This document shows positions 36,337 to 48,590 of a stretch of 64,000 nucleotides of DNA, one piece after another; within the stretch, counting starts at the first letter, position 1, and every line of letters starts with the position of its first letter. Below the pieces are notes generated by a model. It saw only the letters and a list, made by a program, of their open reading frames with translations. It did not search any database and was not told where the DNA came from. The translations under genes were made by a program, and so were the position numbers. The stretch comes from Chrysemys picta bellii (Eukaryota). Location of the stretch: positions 352,284,001 through 352,348,000 of the forward strand of contig NC_088791.1 in NCBI RefSeq assembly GCF_011386835.1, given 5' to 3'.

Positions 36337-38414
36337 TCACCTGGGGCCACTGACTTTACACGTGTGTAAAAAGAGGTAGCAAGGATATCTCCACATTAAT
36401 CAAGGGTGCTCTGTTCCAGTTTGGCTGAGCTCAGCATTGTGGAAGTTCACAGTCTTAAAAGCTCCTCAGCCTAACATCTTATCACTCCATCACCAAGCAC
36501 TGCTCTTTCTGTTGCTAAGTTCCTTCTCTCTGACCGTCACCTAATCTCTTTCAGCATCACCCAGCAGCTCCCAGATCCACACACTCTGTCACTCAGCCGT
36601 TCCATGCTTTGCAGAACACAGAAGATACTGCAGCTTTCAGAAGCAAGGTGGCTTTGCATTAGAACCTGTGTGAACAGCATTATTGATCAGTTTGACAAAT
36701 TGAAGCCACACTTTCTGATAGCCAAAAAAATATAGAAAGCAACAACAATGCTGACTTTCTTTATCATAAGTACACTGATTCTGTGAGCAAAATGTACCTG
36801 ATTTTTCTACATCTAGTCGTTCAGGAAGCCTGACGTATAAACTAAATGTTTCAGTTGGAAAGTGCTAATTCTGGAAAGCTGCTGCAGAAATTGAGATCAT
36901 TCTACTAGAGTTTATTAGTGAGAGTTGTGGAACTGTGGGTTTTTGAGAACTGGACTGGGTTACCCTGGATTCGAGGGGAGTGTACCCCAGAATGTGATCA
37001 AGCCAATTGCAACCATATGATGTTCATTCCACCATTACAAATTAATAAAATAGAGCACCACATAGTTTAGGGTTAATTGGAAAGCAGGCTTTTAGGTACA
37101 AAGTCAAAATCTAACTGGCAGTTTCTGCTAATCAGAATGGGAGGAGTGGACAGACAAGTAAACAAGTGAGAATGAAAGAACATAAATGGATGAAAACCTT
37201 GAGCCTAGATGCCTCTGATATTAGAAGTTTACTATAAGCCAGGGAAAGTGATGATCCAGTAGGGGTCACTATGACCTATGTGTGTTATAGAAATTATGAA
37301 AGATTAGCTCATACTGTGTAGTTGGAGGAGTCCTCTGAATCCATCTTGAGAGACCTTTTTCCTGACACCCTTTCTCCCCAGCAGGTGAGCAACTGGACAC
37401 AGTGAACCTGCTGTTAATTACTCAATTCCACTCCAGATCTTAGGTAAATATCTGGGATGTTTTAAACCTATTGCTTATGTCTGTGTGTGCTCAAATCTAA
37501 TAAACTGCAGTTTTAGAGAAGAGCATGCTTACTTGCATTTAATCCTTGATCAGACAGAATTGCTGTCTTCCCATTGATTTATTCCTGACAATGCCTGGAG
37601 TGAAATAGTGAAGTTGCCCCTGCTGTGGGTTCTGAAAACCGCAGGTAATAGAGTGCTGTGTTAAACTATGACATCACCGTGGAGTCCAACAACTTACGGC
37701 TTTGGGCAATCAATTTTGGAGTCACTTTCAGCTGGAAATTTCAAAATACACATTAACCATTCCTGTTCTTGGAGTTTGTGAAACAGAGGAAACATAGATT
37801 GCCACTAAATGTCCAGGTGATTAAATCACTTGCAGTACTAAGTGCTTCATGACCTAGATTGGCTGATATCTCATTTTTGCCATTGTTTCATGGAGACCTT
37901 GGACAGTTGGAGCAGCAGTGGATAGTTTTGCCTATGTTTCACTGGCCTGATACTGCAAATAATCAAGTAGGGCAGTTTTGTGTGGTGACGACGGAGGAAA
38001 GGAAACAGAACACTAGGTCTGTGGTAGCTGAAAAGCTCTTCTACTCTCAGGAACTTTTCTTGGGTCTTTTATTCTTTACACTTTCCTGCTTACAACGCTT
38101 CTCATTAGTACAAATCTTGCGCATAAAGAAGACATGCAATAGTCAGTTACATAAGATAACAGACCCATATCTTGTGCACGTGAAAGCTAGCTGCAAGGGA
38201 GACAAACAAGTCAGCCAAATAAATTCCCTAATCACAAACGCTGGGTTGAAGGCCACTCTTGCCTTGTAGCCATGGAAACAGTATGCCGTGACCATGGGCT
38301 GACAGTTTGGGAGCCATACATTCCTACAGTTTTGGGTTGAAGATCTCGAACATATGGCTGCCACTGTGGACAAAGACTTTAGTGAACTTGATTTGTTTGC
38401 TTTTTCAGGGTTTT

Positions 38415-39344
38415 CCACACCTTGTCCCTTTCAGATTTTGGAAGGCACTTCAGACTCTTAAACCTTGGTCGAGTGCTGTAGCTATCTTTAGAAATCTCAC
38501 ATAGGTATCTTCTTTGTGTTTTGTCAAATCTGCAATAAAAGTGTTTTTAAATCGAACAACATATGCTGGGACATCATCTGAGACTACCATAGCATGAAAT
38601 ATATGGCAGTATGTGAGTAAAACCATGGAGCAGGAGACATACAATTCTTCCCCAAGTAGTTCAGTCACAAATGTAATTAGTGCATTTTTTTTTAACTAGC
38701 ATCATCAGCGTGGAATTATGTCCTCTGAATGGTGGCCGAAGCATGAAAGGGCATACGAATATTTAGCATATCTGGCACATAAATATCTTGCAACGCTAAC
38801 CACAGCACTGCCATGTGAATCCCTGTTCTCACTTTGAGGTGACATTGTAAATAAGAAGCAAGCACTATTATCTCCCGTAAATGTAAACCAACTTGTTTGT
38901 CTTAGCAATTGTCTGAGAGATTGACTGAAGAAGAAGTAGAACTGAATGAACTTGTAGGCTCTAAAGTTTTATATTGTTTTATTTTTGAGTGCAGTTATGT
39001 AACTGCAAAATCTACATTTGTAAGCTGCACTTTCAAGATAAAGAGATTGTACTACAGTACTTGTATGAGGTGAATTTAAAAATACTATTTTTTATCTTTT
39101 TTACAATGAAAATATTTGTAATAAAAATAATTTAAATTGAGCACTGTAAACTTTGTATTCTGTTTTGTAATTGAAATCAATGTATTTGAAAATGTAGAAA
39201 ACATCCAAAATATTTATAATAAATTTAAATTGGTATCCTATTATTGTTTAATACTGAGATTAAAACTGTGATTTATCGCAATTAATCGAGTTAACTCAAA
39301 ACAAATTAATCACTTGAATTAAATGCAATTAATTGAGAACCCTA
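38415..39344. mobile_element. hAT element remnant (ZBED1/Ac-like), right end present
   Basis: Minus strand reads FKNTFIADLTKHKEDTYVRFLKIATALD; plus strand from 38727 reads EWWPKHERAYEYLAYLAHKYLAT...PCESLFSL*GDIVNKK; terminus ..aattaattgagaacccta. Confidence 0.8.
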
Positions 39345-40039
39345 ATTATCTCTGATATGAATATTAAGATTTAATTGAAGTTACTCTGGATTTACACTGG
39401 GGTAACTGAGATCCAGATCAGGTCCCAGGAGTTTGAATCTTGTGTAACTTAGTGGCAAGGAAAGAGAATTTCAGCTGCAGCCTATTGAATTCAATAGGGT
39501 TTAACATTCTCTCCTCAAAAGCTGGAGTATCCCGCCAATGCTGGTCTCCCAAGCCCACAAACAATAGCTGTGTCAGTGGCAGGCTTGGAAGACACCACAA
39601 AGCAGGAGACTTTCCCAAATAGCAGATGTGTGTATGTTTAGTCTATAAACGGCAGATAATCCACAGGCAGGAATAACTCAGTCTTTTAAACCATTCCTTG
39701 GTAATCCAGCCCCTTCCCAATGAAAAATAATCTCAATACTGAGCATTTATACAGCAACAGCACCAGGTCATAAAAACAAGCACCGTGAGTCAAGCCACTT
39801 ACTGGAATTGCGTCCTAGACAGAAATGAATGTGACATCCAAAGCACAGGAACTGCCTGTCTCAGGCTCATGTGGCAGTATATATATAATCTATATGTCTA
39901 ACTCCCTAATCACTGCAGGGTTTCCTGATCTCCACAGAAACTCTACAGCTGTGAATGCTCCTCTTCGTCTCATTACCTGCCACCTGGGTATTTATCTGTA
40001 TCTGGCATTTGCATGAGATATTCACTTTATTTACATCAC

Positions 40040-42070
40040 ATGGGGGCAGACAACTAAATACTGACAAATCTTTTAAGTGACTGCATACAAATGCAAGAAG
40101 TCTAAATACTAAGATGGGTGAATTTGAGTGCCTGGTATTAAATGGGGATATTAACATAACAAGCATCACAGAAACTTCGTGGAAGGATTGTAATCAATGG
40201 GATGTGGTAATACCAGGGTATGAATTATAGAGGAATGACAGAGTAGGTCGTGCTGGTGGGGGAATGGTACTATATGTGAAAGACAGCAGAGAGTCAAATA
40301 TAGTAAAAATCTTAAATGAATCAAATGTCCATGCTTGAATAATAGTACATCAGTAGGAATATACTACCAACCACCTGACTAGGATGGTGATGGTGACTTT
40401 GAAATGCTCATGGAGATTAAAGAGGCTCCAGAAATGGAAAACACATTAATAATGGGGGATTTCAACTATTCCCATATTGATTGGTTATGTCACCTCAGGA
40501 TGGGCTGCAGAGATAACATTTCTAGACACCATAAATGACTGCTTCTTGGAGCTGCTACAAGGGGAGAGGCAATTCTTGATTCAATCAAAAATGTGCACAG
40601 GAGCTGGTCCAAGAGATGAATATAGCTGAGCCATTTGGTAATAGCAGCCATATAACATCTACAGTAGCATTTAATTTCAGAAAGGGAAACTACAGAAAAA
40701 TTAAGAAGCTAGTTAAGTGGAAATTGAAAGGAACAGTCACAAGACTGAAATGCCTGCAAACTGCATGGAAGCTTTTAAAAAACACCATAATAGAGGCTCA
40801 AATTAAATATATCCCCCAAATAAAAACAAAACAAAACAGTAAGAGGACCAAAAAAAAAAAAACCTCTATGGCTATACAACAAAATAAAAGAAGCAGTTAG
40901 AGGCAAAAAGGCATCATATTACATTCTGAAGCTAAATCTACTGAGGAAAATAGAAAAAGCACAAACTCTGGCAAATAAAGTGAAAAAGTATAACCAGGCA
41001 GGCCAAAAAATAAAATGAAGCACAGCTAGCAAAAGAGACACAAACTAATAGCAAAAAAATTCTTAAGTACATCAGAAATAGGAAAGCTGCCAAATGATCA
41101 CTGTGGCCACTGGACGCTCAAGGTGCTAAAGGAGCACTCGAGGAAGAGAAGGCCGTTGCAGAGAAGTTAAATGATTTATTTTAATTAGTCTTCACTTCAG
41201 AGGATGTGAGGGAGATTTCCACACCTGAGCTTTTTTTTTTTTTTAGGTGACACATCAGGGGAACTATCAACAAAGGAGGCTTTGGAACAGGTTGATAAAT
41301 TAAACAGTAATACGTCACCAACACCAGATGGCATTTGCCCAAGAGGTCTGAAGGATATCAAATTGCAGAACTACTAACTGTGGTATGTAAATTATCACTT
41401 AAATCAGCCTCTGTGTTAGATGATTGGAGGATAGCTAACATGATGCTGATTTTTTAATAAGGGCTCCAGAGGCAATCCTGGCAGTTACAAGCCGGTAAGC
41501 CTAGCTTCAGCACCAGGCAAACTGATTAAAAGAACAGAATTATTAGACACATAGATGACCATGATATGTTGGGAAAGACTCAACATGGTTTTTGTAAAGG
41601 GAAATCACGCCTTATGGATCTATTAGAATTCTTTGAGGGGGTCCACAAACATGTGGACAAGGGTGATCCAGTTGATATACTGTACTTGAACTTTCAGAAA
41701 GACTTTGACAAGGTCCCTCACCAAAGGGTCTTAAGCAAGTAAGTAGTCATGGGATAAGAGGGAAGGTCCTCTCATGAGTCAGTAATAGGTTAAAGGATAG
41801 GAAACAAATGATAGGAATAAATGGTCAGTTTTCACAATGGAGAGAGGTAAATAGTGGTGTCCCCCAGGGGTCTGTACTGGGACCAGTGCTATTCAACATA
41901 TTCATAAATGATCTGGAAAAAAGGTGTAAACAATGAGGTGGCAAAGATTGCAGGTGATACAAAGCTCAAGGGAGTAAAGTCCAAAGCAGACTGCAAAGAG
42001 TTACAAAGGAATCACACAAAACTGGGTGACTGGGCAACAAAATGGCAGATGAAATTCAGTGTAGATACTA
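40040..42070 (+). mobile_element. Long degenerate CR1 ORF2 (APE endonuclease to RT)
   Basis: Near 40080 it translates ..TNARSLNTKMGEFECLVL..ITET (APE); gggggatttcaactat (MGDFN); later ccccaggggtctgtactgggacc (PQGSVLGP). Confidence 0.9.
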
Positions 42071-43759
42071 GCTATCCCCAAGAGGTGTCATCTCCTGCCC
42101 AACAAGAGAAGGCCCATAGATACCTGACAAGCCACTGTGGAACATCAGAGGACAAAAGATTGTTCATTGCTCCCCCCACACCCATGAAGAGGAGACAAGC
42201 AGTTGGCCTCATCGCAACAGCTTGAACTGAGGGGGAAAGGACTAAAAATCTCTGCTGAGAAGGAACTGTCTCTCTTTGTGCTGCTCGGATTCTGAGGGGC
42301 AAAGATTTCTAAGCATAAGCAAGGAATTCCCAGCTGCTTAGCCTGAGTTAGGCTGAATGGACACACAGAGATTGCATATTACAGCAGCTTCTATCTCCTT
42401 TTGGAACGTAAGACTGTAATTCATTGGTGTGTGTATATTGACCTACTCTAAACTTGTAAATAACTCACTTCTTTTTCTTGGTTAATAAATCTTTAATTTA
42501 TTTATTTGTTAATTTATTGTAGCGGTGTCTTCGGTGTGAGATCTAAGGTGCATTTGGGGTAAGTGACTGGTCCTTTGGGACTGGGAGTAACCTGAATATT
42601 GTGGTTTTTGGTGTAAGGGACCATCTATCACAAACTGGGTGGCAAGACAGAGAGTACCCCGGCAACTGTCTGTGACTCCATGTTAAGGCTATTGTACTGC
42701 TTGAAGGGTTCACACTGATAGTTGGTTGGTGAAATCAAAGTATAGAGTCACAACCACTTTGGGAGATGTGCCCTTCTCCTTAGCAGTGTTCCCTGAGGTT
42801 GATACTTACGCTCCTTAGCCACTTCAGTCAGCCGAGACATACTGTTTGTGCTTCTGTATTATTAGTGCCACATTTCACAAGCACACAGCCTCCCCCGACC
42901 CCAGCAATCACCCTGCACTACAGCCAGTGAGCAACTCTGCTGATGTAACAGTGTTGCTATCTCTCATGATTTGATATCAAGTCTCATAATATTTGATGTT
43001 TTTCTTAATACACCAACTCCTGGAGTCCTGGGATTAAGTGAGAATCTCAGCTGTAAAGAACACAGCAGTTCTCAGCCTTCTGGTTACAGAGGAAACCTTG
43101 AAAACATGACCCAGGTGCAACTTAATGGCCTAGAAACCAGAAGACACAATAAACACCACAGTACCTATTTTTGAGGCTTTTAAGCAATCTTATGATTTTT
43201 TGAGGTCTGACTCAAAGAATTCTAGTAGATTGGTGAGGCATTACCCTTTAGAAAAACCATGTTGACTATTCCCCAACAAATTGTGTTTATCTAGGTGTCT
43301 GACAATTCTGTTATTTTCTATAGTTTCAACCAGTTTGCCCGGTACTGAAATTAGGCTTACTGGCCTGTAATTTCCAGGGTCACCTCAGGAGCCATTTTTT
43401 AAAATTGGCGGCACATTAGCTACCCTCCAATGATAAACTGTCAAGAAGCAGATTTCGTTCTGGGGTGAGATTTCCCTCCCCACAAGGAAATTTCAAGTGA
43501 TTGAGTAAAAGTTACTGAGGTAACAGTGGTTGCATGTAACAATGTCTTTCTTCTGTCTTCTTCGGCAGCAACTGCCTCTTCCTGTGGTATGGCCTAACCT
43601 CCGGGAGCCAGCTTAGTCCCAGAGCTCTTCCCTGCTGGAGTAGTCCAAACAGCAAATAAAGTGGATCAATCAAGACCAGGCTGTCCCAGCAGCAGGCCCT
43701 TCTTTCCCTAAAGGAGGAACTTTTGGGCAGTTGTTCAGGAGGAGATTCTACCTTCCCTC

Positions 43760-45024
43760 AGATCATCTCTGATCACAGTGGACGAGAAGCTGGATATGAG
43801 TCTACAGTGTGCTCTTGTTGCCAAGAAGGCTGTCGGGGACTTTTTAACCCAGACGGCAAGGTTCGTTGTCTGACCGCAGAGTGAGAGACAGGCAACACCA
43901 GCAAGGTCCAATACAAGCTCTTTATTGAAGAGTGCACACAACAATAGAGAGCGGCCCGTCTCCAGAGAGAACCAGCCACGATTACAACAACTAGTGAGAT
44001 TATATAGACAGTTCCATCGCGTCATAGTTAAGCAACTTAAAACCCCCAAACCCCCCTTTACTAGTTAAAAGCTTCTAATATTCATGCATATCTATGTTCT
44101 TTGACAGTACAAACAGTTCATGATTCCTCAGCAGCTTCTTATCAGCTTTTTCGTCATGCACTAGAAAGTAGGGAGTTAAGAACAGAAACAGGGAGTGAAG
44201 ACTGCAAGTCTCCATATGTCCAAACAAACTGTTCCTAGTACATTTGGTACAAGAATACGGTCCCCCCCTTTATCTCATTCTTTGAAGCTCAAGCAAGCAT
44301 GTCCTCATGTTTCACAGAGAGACAGGAATGGCCCAGCAACTACAGTTAGCCTAACTTTGGCTAAGCTGGCCAAACAACCTGTTCTATACTCCATTTTCCT
44401 TGGACTTAACAAGGCTAATGGCATTTTGGGCTGTATAAGTAAGGGCGTTGCCAGCAGATCGAGGGACGTGATCGTTCCCCTTTATTCGACATTGGTGAGG
44501 CCTCATCTGGAATACTGTGTCCAGTTTTGGGCCCCACACTACAAGAAGGATGTGTAAAAATTGGAGAGTCCAACGGAGGGCAACAAAAATGATTAGGAGT
44601 CCGGAGCACATGACTTATGAGAAGAGGCTGAGGGAACTGGGATTGTTTAGTCTCCAGAAGAGAAGAATGAGGGGGGATTTGATAGCAGCCTTCAACTACC
44701 TGAAGGGGGGTTCCAAAGAGGATGGAGCTTGGCTGTTCTCAGTGGTGGCAGATGACAGAAGAAGGAGTAATGGTCTCAAGTTGCAGTGGGGGAGGTCCAG
44801 GTTGGATATTAGGAAACACTATTTCACTAGGAGGGTGGTGAAGCACTGGAATGAGTTACCTAGGGAGGTGGTGGAGTCTCCTTCCTTGGAGGTTTTTAAG
44901 GCCCGGCTTGACAAAGCCCTGGCTGGGATGATTTAGTTGGGAATTGGTCCTGCTTTGAGCAGGGGGTTGGACTAGATGACCTCTTGAGGTCCCTTCCAAC
45001 CCTGATATTCTATGATTCTATGAT
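43760..45024 (+). mobile_element. Young CR1 3' portion interrupted by a solo LTR
   Basis: ORF 44517..44936 [30 protein letters not shown]...; ends attctatgattctatga. Confidence 0.92.
43831..44411 (-). mobile_element. Solo LTR (ERV-like), 581 bp
   Basis: Minus strand tgttaa...ccgaca with AATAAA; exact 4-bp TSD aggc at 43827-43830 and 44412-44415 inside CR1 (gccaagaaggc|taatggc). Confidence 0.88.
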
Positions 45025-45104
45025 CTCCCTGGAACTGCCAGTAGCAGGTCTGCTCACCTTCCTGATCTAACACAAAATGGGCTACTCCCATGCCTTTTAG
45101 CCTT

Positions 45105-45590
45105 TCTCAAGCACGTCTTTTCAGACTTGATTTCTCTCCCCTATTTTCCTGATAATTTACTTGCTGAATATCTGGCTTCGTTTAACTCAATTTGAAATTT
45201 AGCTAGAAGTTCAGTGCATTTGGCAAGTAATCTACTGCTTTGTATAGATGTGTGTCTTTGAATTGTAGAGGTTTGGAATCAGCATTTACTATTTCCAGAA
45301 CCTTTCTTTGGAGCACAATGAGAAAAATAAAACTAAAATTTTCCATTAATTTCTTTAATGCTGGAGTCTCATAAACTTCATCAGCATTTTTGCTCAGGAG
45401 AATTATTTCTGTGGGTGCCTTCATTGTTTCTGAATACTGAATCTGAGAAGAAGGAGTGATTCATACTGGTTGTTGATCAACTGTGTAGTCAATTGCTTGA
45501 CCAAGCTTTCATTTGTTATGAAATAGGTTCAAGAGGCCAAATAAACAATGTCAGGTTTACTGCTCTAACCCCATAATAAAATCGCACAGG
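45105..45590 (-). mobile_element. hAT transposase fragment (ZMYM1-like)
   Basis: ORF 45203..45424; inverted paralog of 21690-22190. Confidence 0.55.
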
Positions 45591-45687
45591 AAACACTCAC
45601 AAACACGTGCTAGTAGAATGTTCCCAAATCCTACTGCAGTTCTCCTGTATTAGGACTTTCCAAATGAAATATTAGCATTTTCTTCCA

Positions 45688-45942
45688 GTATCAGAGGGGT
45701 AGCCATGTTAGTCTGAAACTGTAAAAAGCAACAGAGGGTCCTGTGACACCTTTAAGACTAACAGAAGTATTGGAGCATAAGCTTTCATCGGACACAAGTA
45801 ATGGAAATTTCAGAGGCAGGTATAAATCAGTATGGAGATAATGAGGTTAGTTCAATCAGGGAGGGTGAGGTTCTCTGCTAGCAGTTGAGGTGTGCACACC
45901 AAGGGAGGAGAAACTGCTTCTGTAGTTGCATAGCCATTCACA
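45688..45942 (-). mobile_element. Penelope family B 3' end, cut by the Harbinger insertion; hammerhead core deleted
   Basis: gtatcagaggggtagccatgttagtctg..aaaagcaacagagggtcctgtg.cacctttaagactaac is the family B terminus. Confidence 0.85.
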
Positions 45943-46305
45943 GGCCTGGTCTACACTACAAGTTTAGGTCGACTTTAGCAGCGTTAAATCGAATTAAGCC
46001 TGGAAACGTCCACACAACGAAGCCCTTTTTTTTGACTTAAGGGCCCTTTAAACTGGTTTCTTTACTCCATCTCCGACAAGGGGATTAGCGCTAAAATCGG
46101 CCTTTGCAGATCGGATTTGGGATAGTGTGGACGGAATTCGACGTTATTGGCCTCCGGGAGCTATCCCACAGTGCTTCATTGTGACCACTCTGGACAGCAC
46201 TCTCAACTCAGATGCACTGACCAGGTAGACAGGAAAAGCCCTGCGAACGTTTGTATTTCATTTCCTGTTTGCCCAGCATGGAGAGCACAGGTGACCACGC
46301 AGAGC

Positions 46306-48331
46306 TCATCAGCACAGGAAACCATGATGGAGTCCCAGGATTGCAAAAGAGCTCCAGCAAGGACAGAACGGGAGGATTGGGATCTGCTCGCCATATGGGG
46401 AGACGAATCAGTGCTAGCTGAACTCCATAGCAGTAAACGAAATGGCAAAATATTAGAAAAAGTTTCAAAGGCCATGAAGGACAGAGGCCATAACAGGGAC
46501 GCACAGCAGTGCCGCATGAAAATTAAGGAGCTAAGGCAAGCCTACCACAAAGCCAGAGAGGCAAATGGAAGGTCTGGGGCAGAGCCGCAAACATGCCGCT
46601 TCTACGTGGAGCTGCATGCCATTCTAGGGGGTGCAGCCACCACTACCCCAACCGTGTGCTTTGACTCCGTCAATAGAGAAACACGCAACAGGGAAGCAGG
46701 TTCGGGGTATGCGGAAGATGATGATGATGATGAAGACAATGAAGATAGCTCACAGCAAGAAAGTGGAGAGACCGGTTTCCCCAACAGCCAGGATATGTTT
46801 ATCACCCTGGACCTGGAACCAGTAACCCCCGAACTCACCCAAGGAGTGCTTCCAGACTCTGAGGGCACACAAGGGAATCTCTGGTGAGTGTACCTTTGTA
46901 AATATTACACATGGTTTAAAAGCAAGCGTATTTAATGATTAACGATTAATTTGCCCTGGCAATCACGGCCAGTACAGCTACTGGAAAAGTCTTTTAACGT
47001 GTATGGGGATGGAGCGGAAATCCTCCAGGGACATCTTCAGAAAGCTCTCCTTCATGTACTCCCAAAACCTTTGCAAAAGGTTTCTGGGGAGGGCTGCCTT
47101 ATCCCGTCCACCATGGTAGGACACTTTACCATGCCAGGCTAGTAGCACGTAGTCTGGAATCATTGCATAACAAAGCATGGCAGCATATGGCCCGGTGTTT
47201 GCTGGCATGCAGACAACATCCATTCCTTATCTCTCTTTGTTATCCTCAGGAGAGTGATATCATTCACGGTCACCTGGTTGAAATGGGGTGATTTTATTAA
47301 GGGGACATTCAGACGTGCCCGTTCCAGCTCGGCTGAACAGAAATGTTCCCCGCTGTTAGCCACGCAGTGCGGGGGGGGAGGGGTGAAGTGATCATCCCAG
47401 AGAATTATGTGTGTATGTGTGTGTGTGGGGGGGGGGGGGTAGTTGGGTTTGTGCTGCATGTTAACCCGGAAAACACAGCCCCTCCTTTTACATTGCAAAC
47501 CCATTTTAAATGGCCAACCCAATGGGTCCTTGGTATGGGAAATGAGGGCGCTGCTGTTTGAAACCATTCCCACATGTTATAAAGGTTAAAAAAGCCAAAA
47601 GACTGTGGCTTACCATGGCTGCCTGCAAGCCGAAATCTGTTGCCTGGCACTGCGTGAGTGATCTCTCATGCCAAACCGTCAGGACCTCAATATAAGAGGA
47701 AAAATGCGACCTTGTAATGAAAGCACATGTGCTGTGTAATGTGAACAGCAAAATTTAACGTGAAAGAGTGTACACATTGTTCTCTTAAATGTGTCTTTTT
47801 TAACCACCTGTCCCTTCTCCTCCACCAGCTGCAAATGTTTCTCCTTCGCAGAGGCTAGCGAAGATTAGAAGGAGAAAACGGAGGACTTGGGATGATATGT
47901 TCACAGAGCTCCAGATGTCCTTCCATGCTGAAAGAGCACAGCAGAATGCGTGGAGGCAGTCAATGTCAGAGTGCAAAAAAGCATAACATGAACGAGAGGA
48001 GAGGTGGCGGGATGAATCGCGGGCTGAACAGAGCAAGTGGCGGGTTGAAGATGATAGGTGGTGTCAGCTTGCAGACAGAAGGCAAGAGTCGATGCTCCGG
48101 CTGCTGGAGCATCAAACTGATATGCTCCAGTGTATGGTTGAGCTGCAGGAAAGGCAGCAGGAGCAGAGACCGCCGCTACAGCCCCTGTGTAACCAACAGC
48201 CCTCCTCCCCAAATCCCATTGCCTCCTCACCCAGATGCCCGAGAACACAGTGGGGGGGCCTCCGGCCACCCAGTCACTCCACCCCAGATGATTGCCCGAG
48301 CATCAGAAGGCTGGCCTTCAATAAGTGTTAA
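46306..48331 (+). pseudogene. Harbinger Myb/SANT-like DNA-binding protein gene (two exons, disabled)
   Basis: KRAPARTERE.WDLLAIWGDESVLAELHSSKRN...QCRMKIKELRQAYHKAREAN..CRFYVELHAILG; donor gtgagt at 46884, acceptor ccag at 47828; splice phases mismatch and in-frame TAA at 47984-47986. Confidence 0.8.
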
Positions 48332-48590
48332 AGTTTTAAAGTTTTAAACTGCAATGTGTCCTTTTCCTTCCCTCCTCCCCCACCCATCCCAGGCTACCTT
48401 GGCAATTATCCCCCTAGTTGTGTGATGAATTAATAAAGAATGCATGAATGAGAAGTAACAATTACTTTATTGCCTCTGCAAGCGGTGCTCGAAGGGGGGA
48501 GGGGAGGGTGGGGTGGTTGGTTTACAGGGAAGTAGAGTGAACCAGAGGGGGGGAGCGGAGGGGTTCATCAAGGAGAAACAAAGAGAAGTT

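Noticed and set aside
37859-38418. 136-aa and 91-aa ORFs as novel genes
   Set aside because: They span a hAT fossil and a unit-specific insertion absent from the paralogous unit 2 sequence; chimeric open frames.
46147-46887. Myb/SANT ORF as a ZSCAN29/MSANTD-like cellular gene
   Set aside because: No SCAN or zinc fingers; it is the Harbinger accessory gene, with a disrupted second exon.
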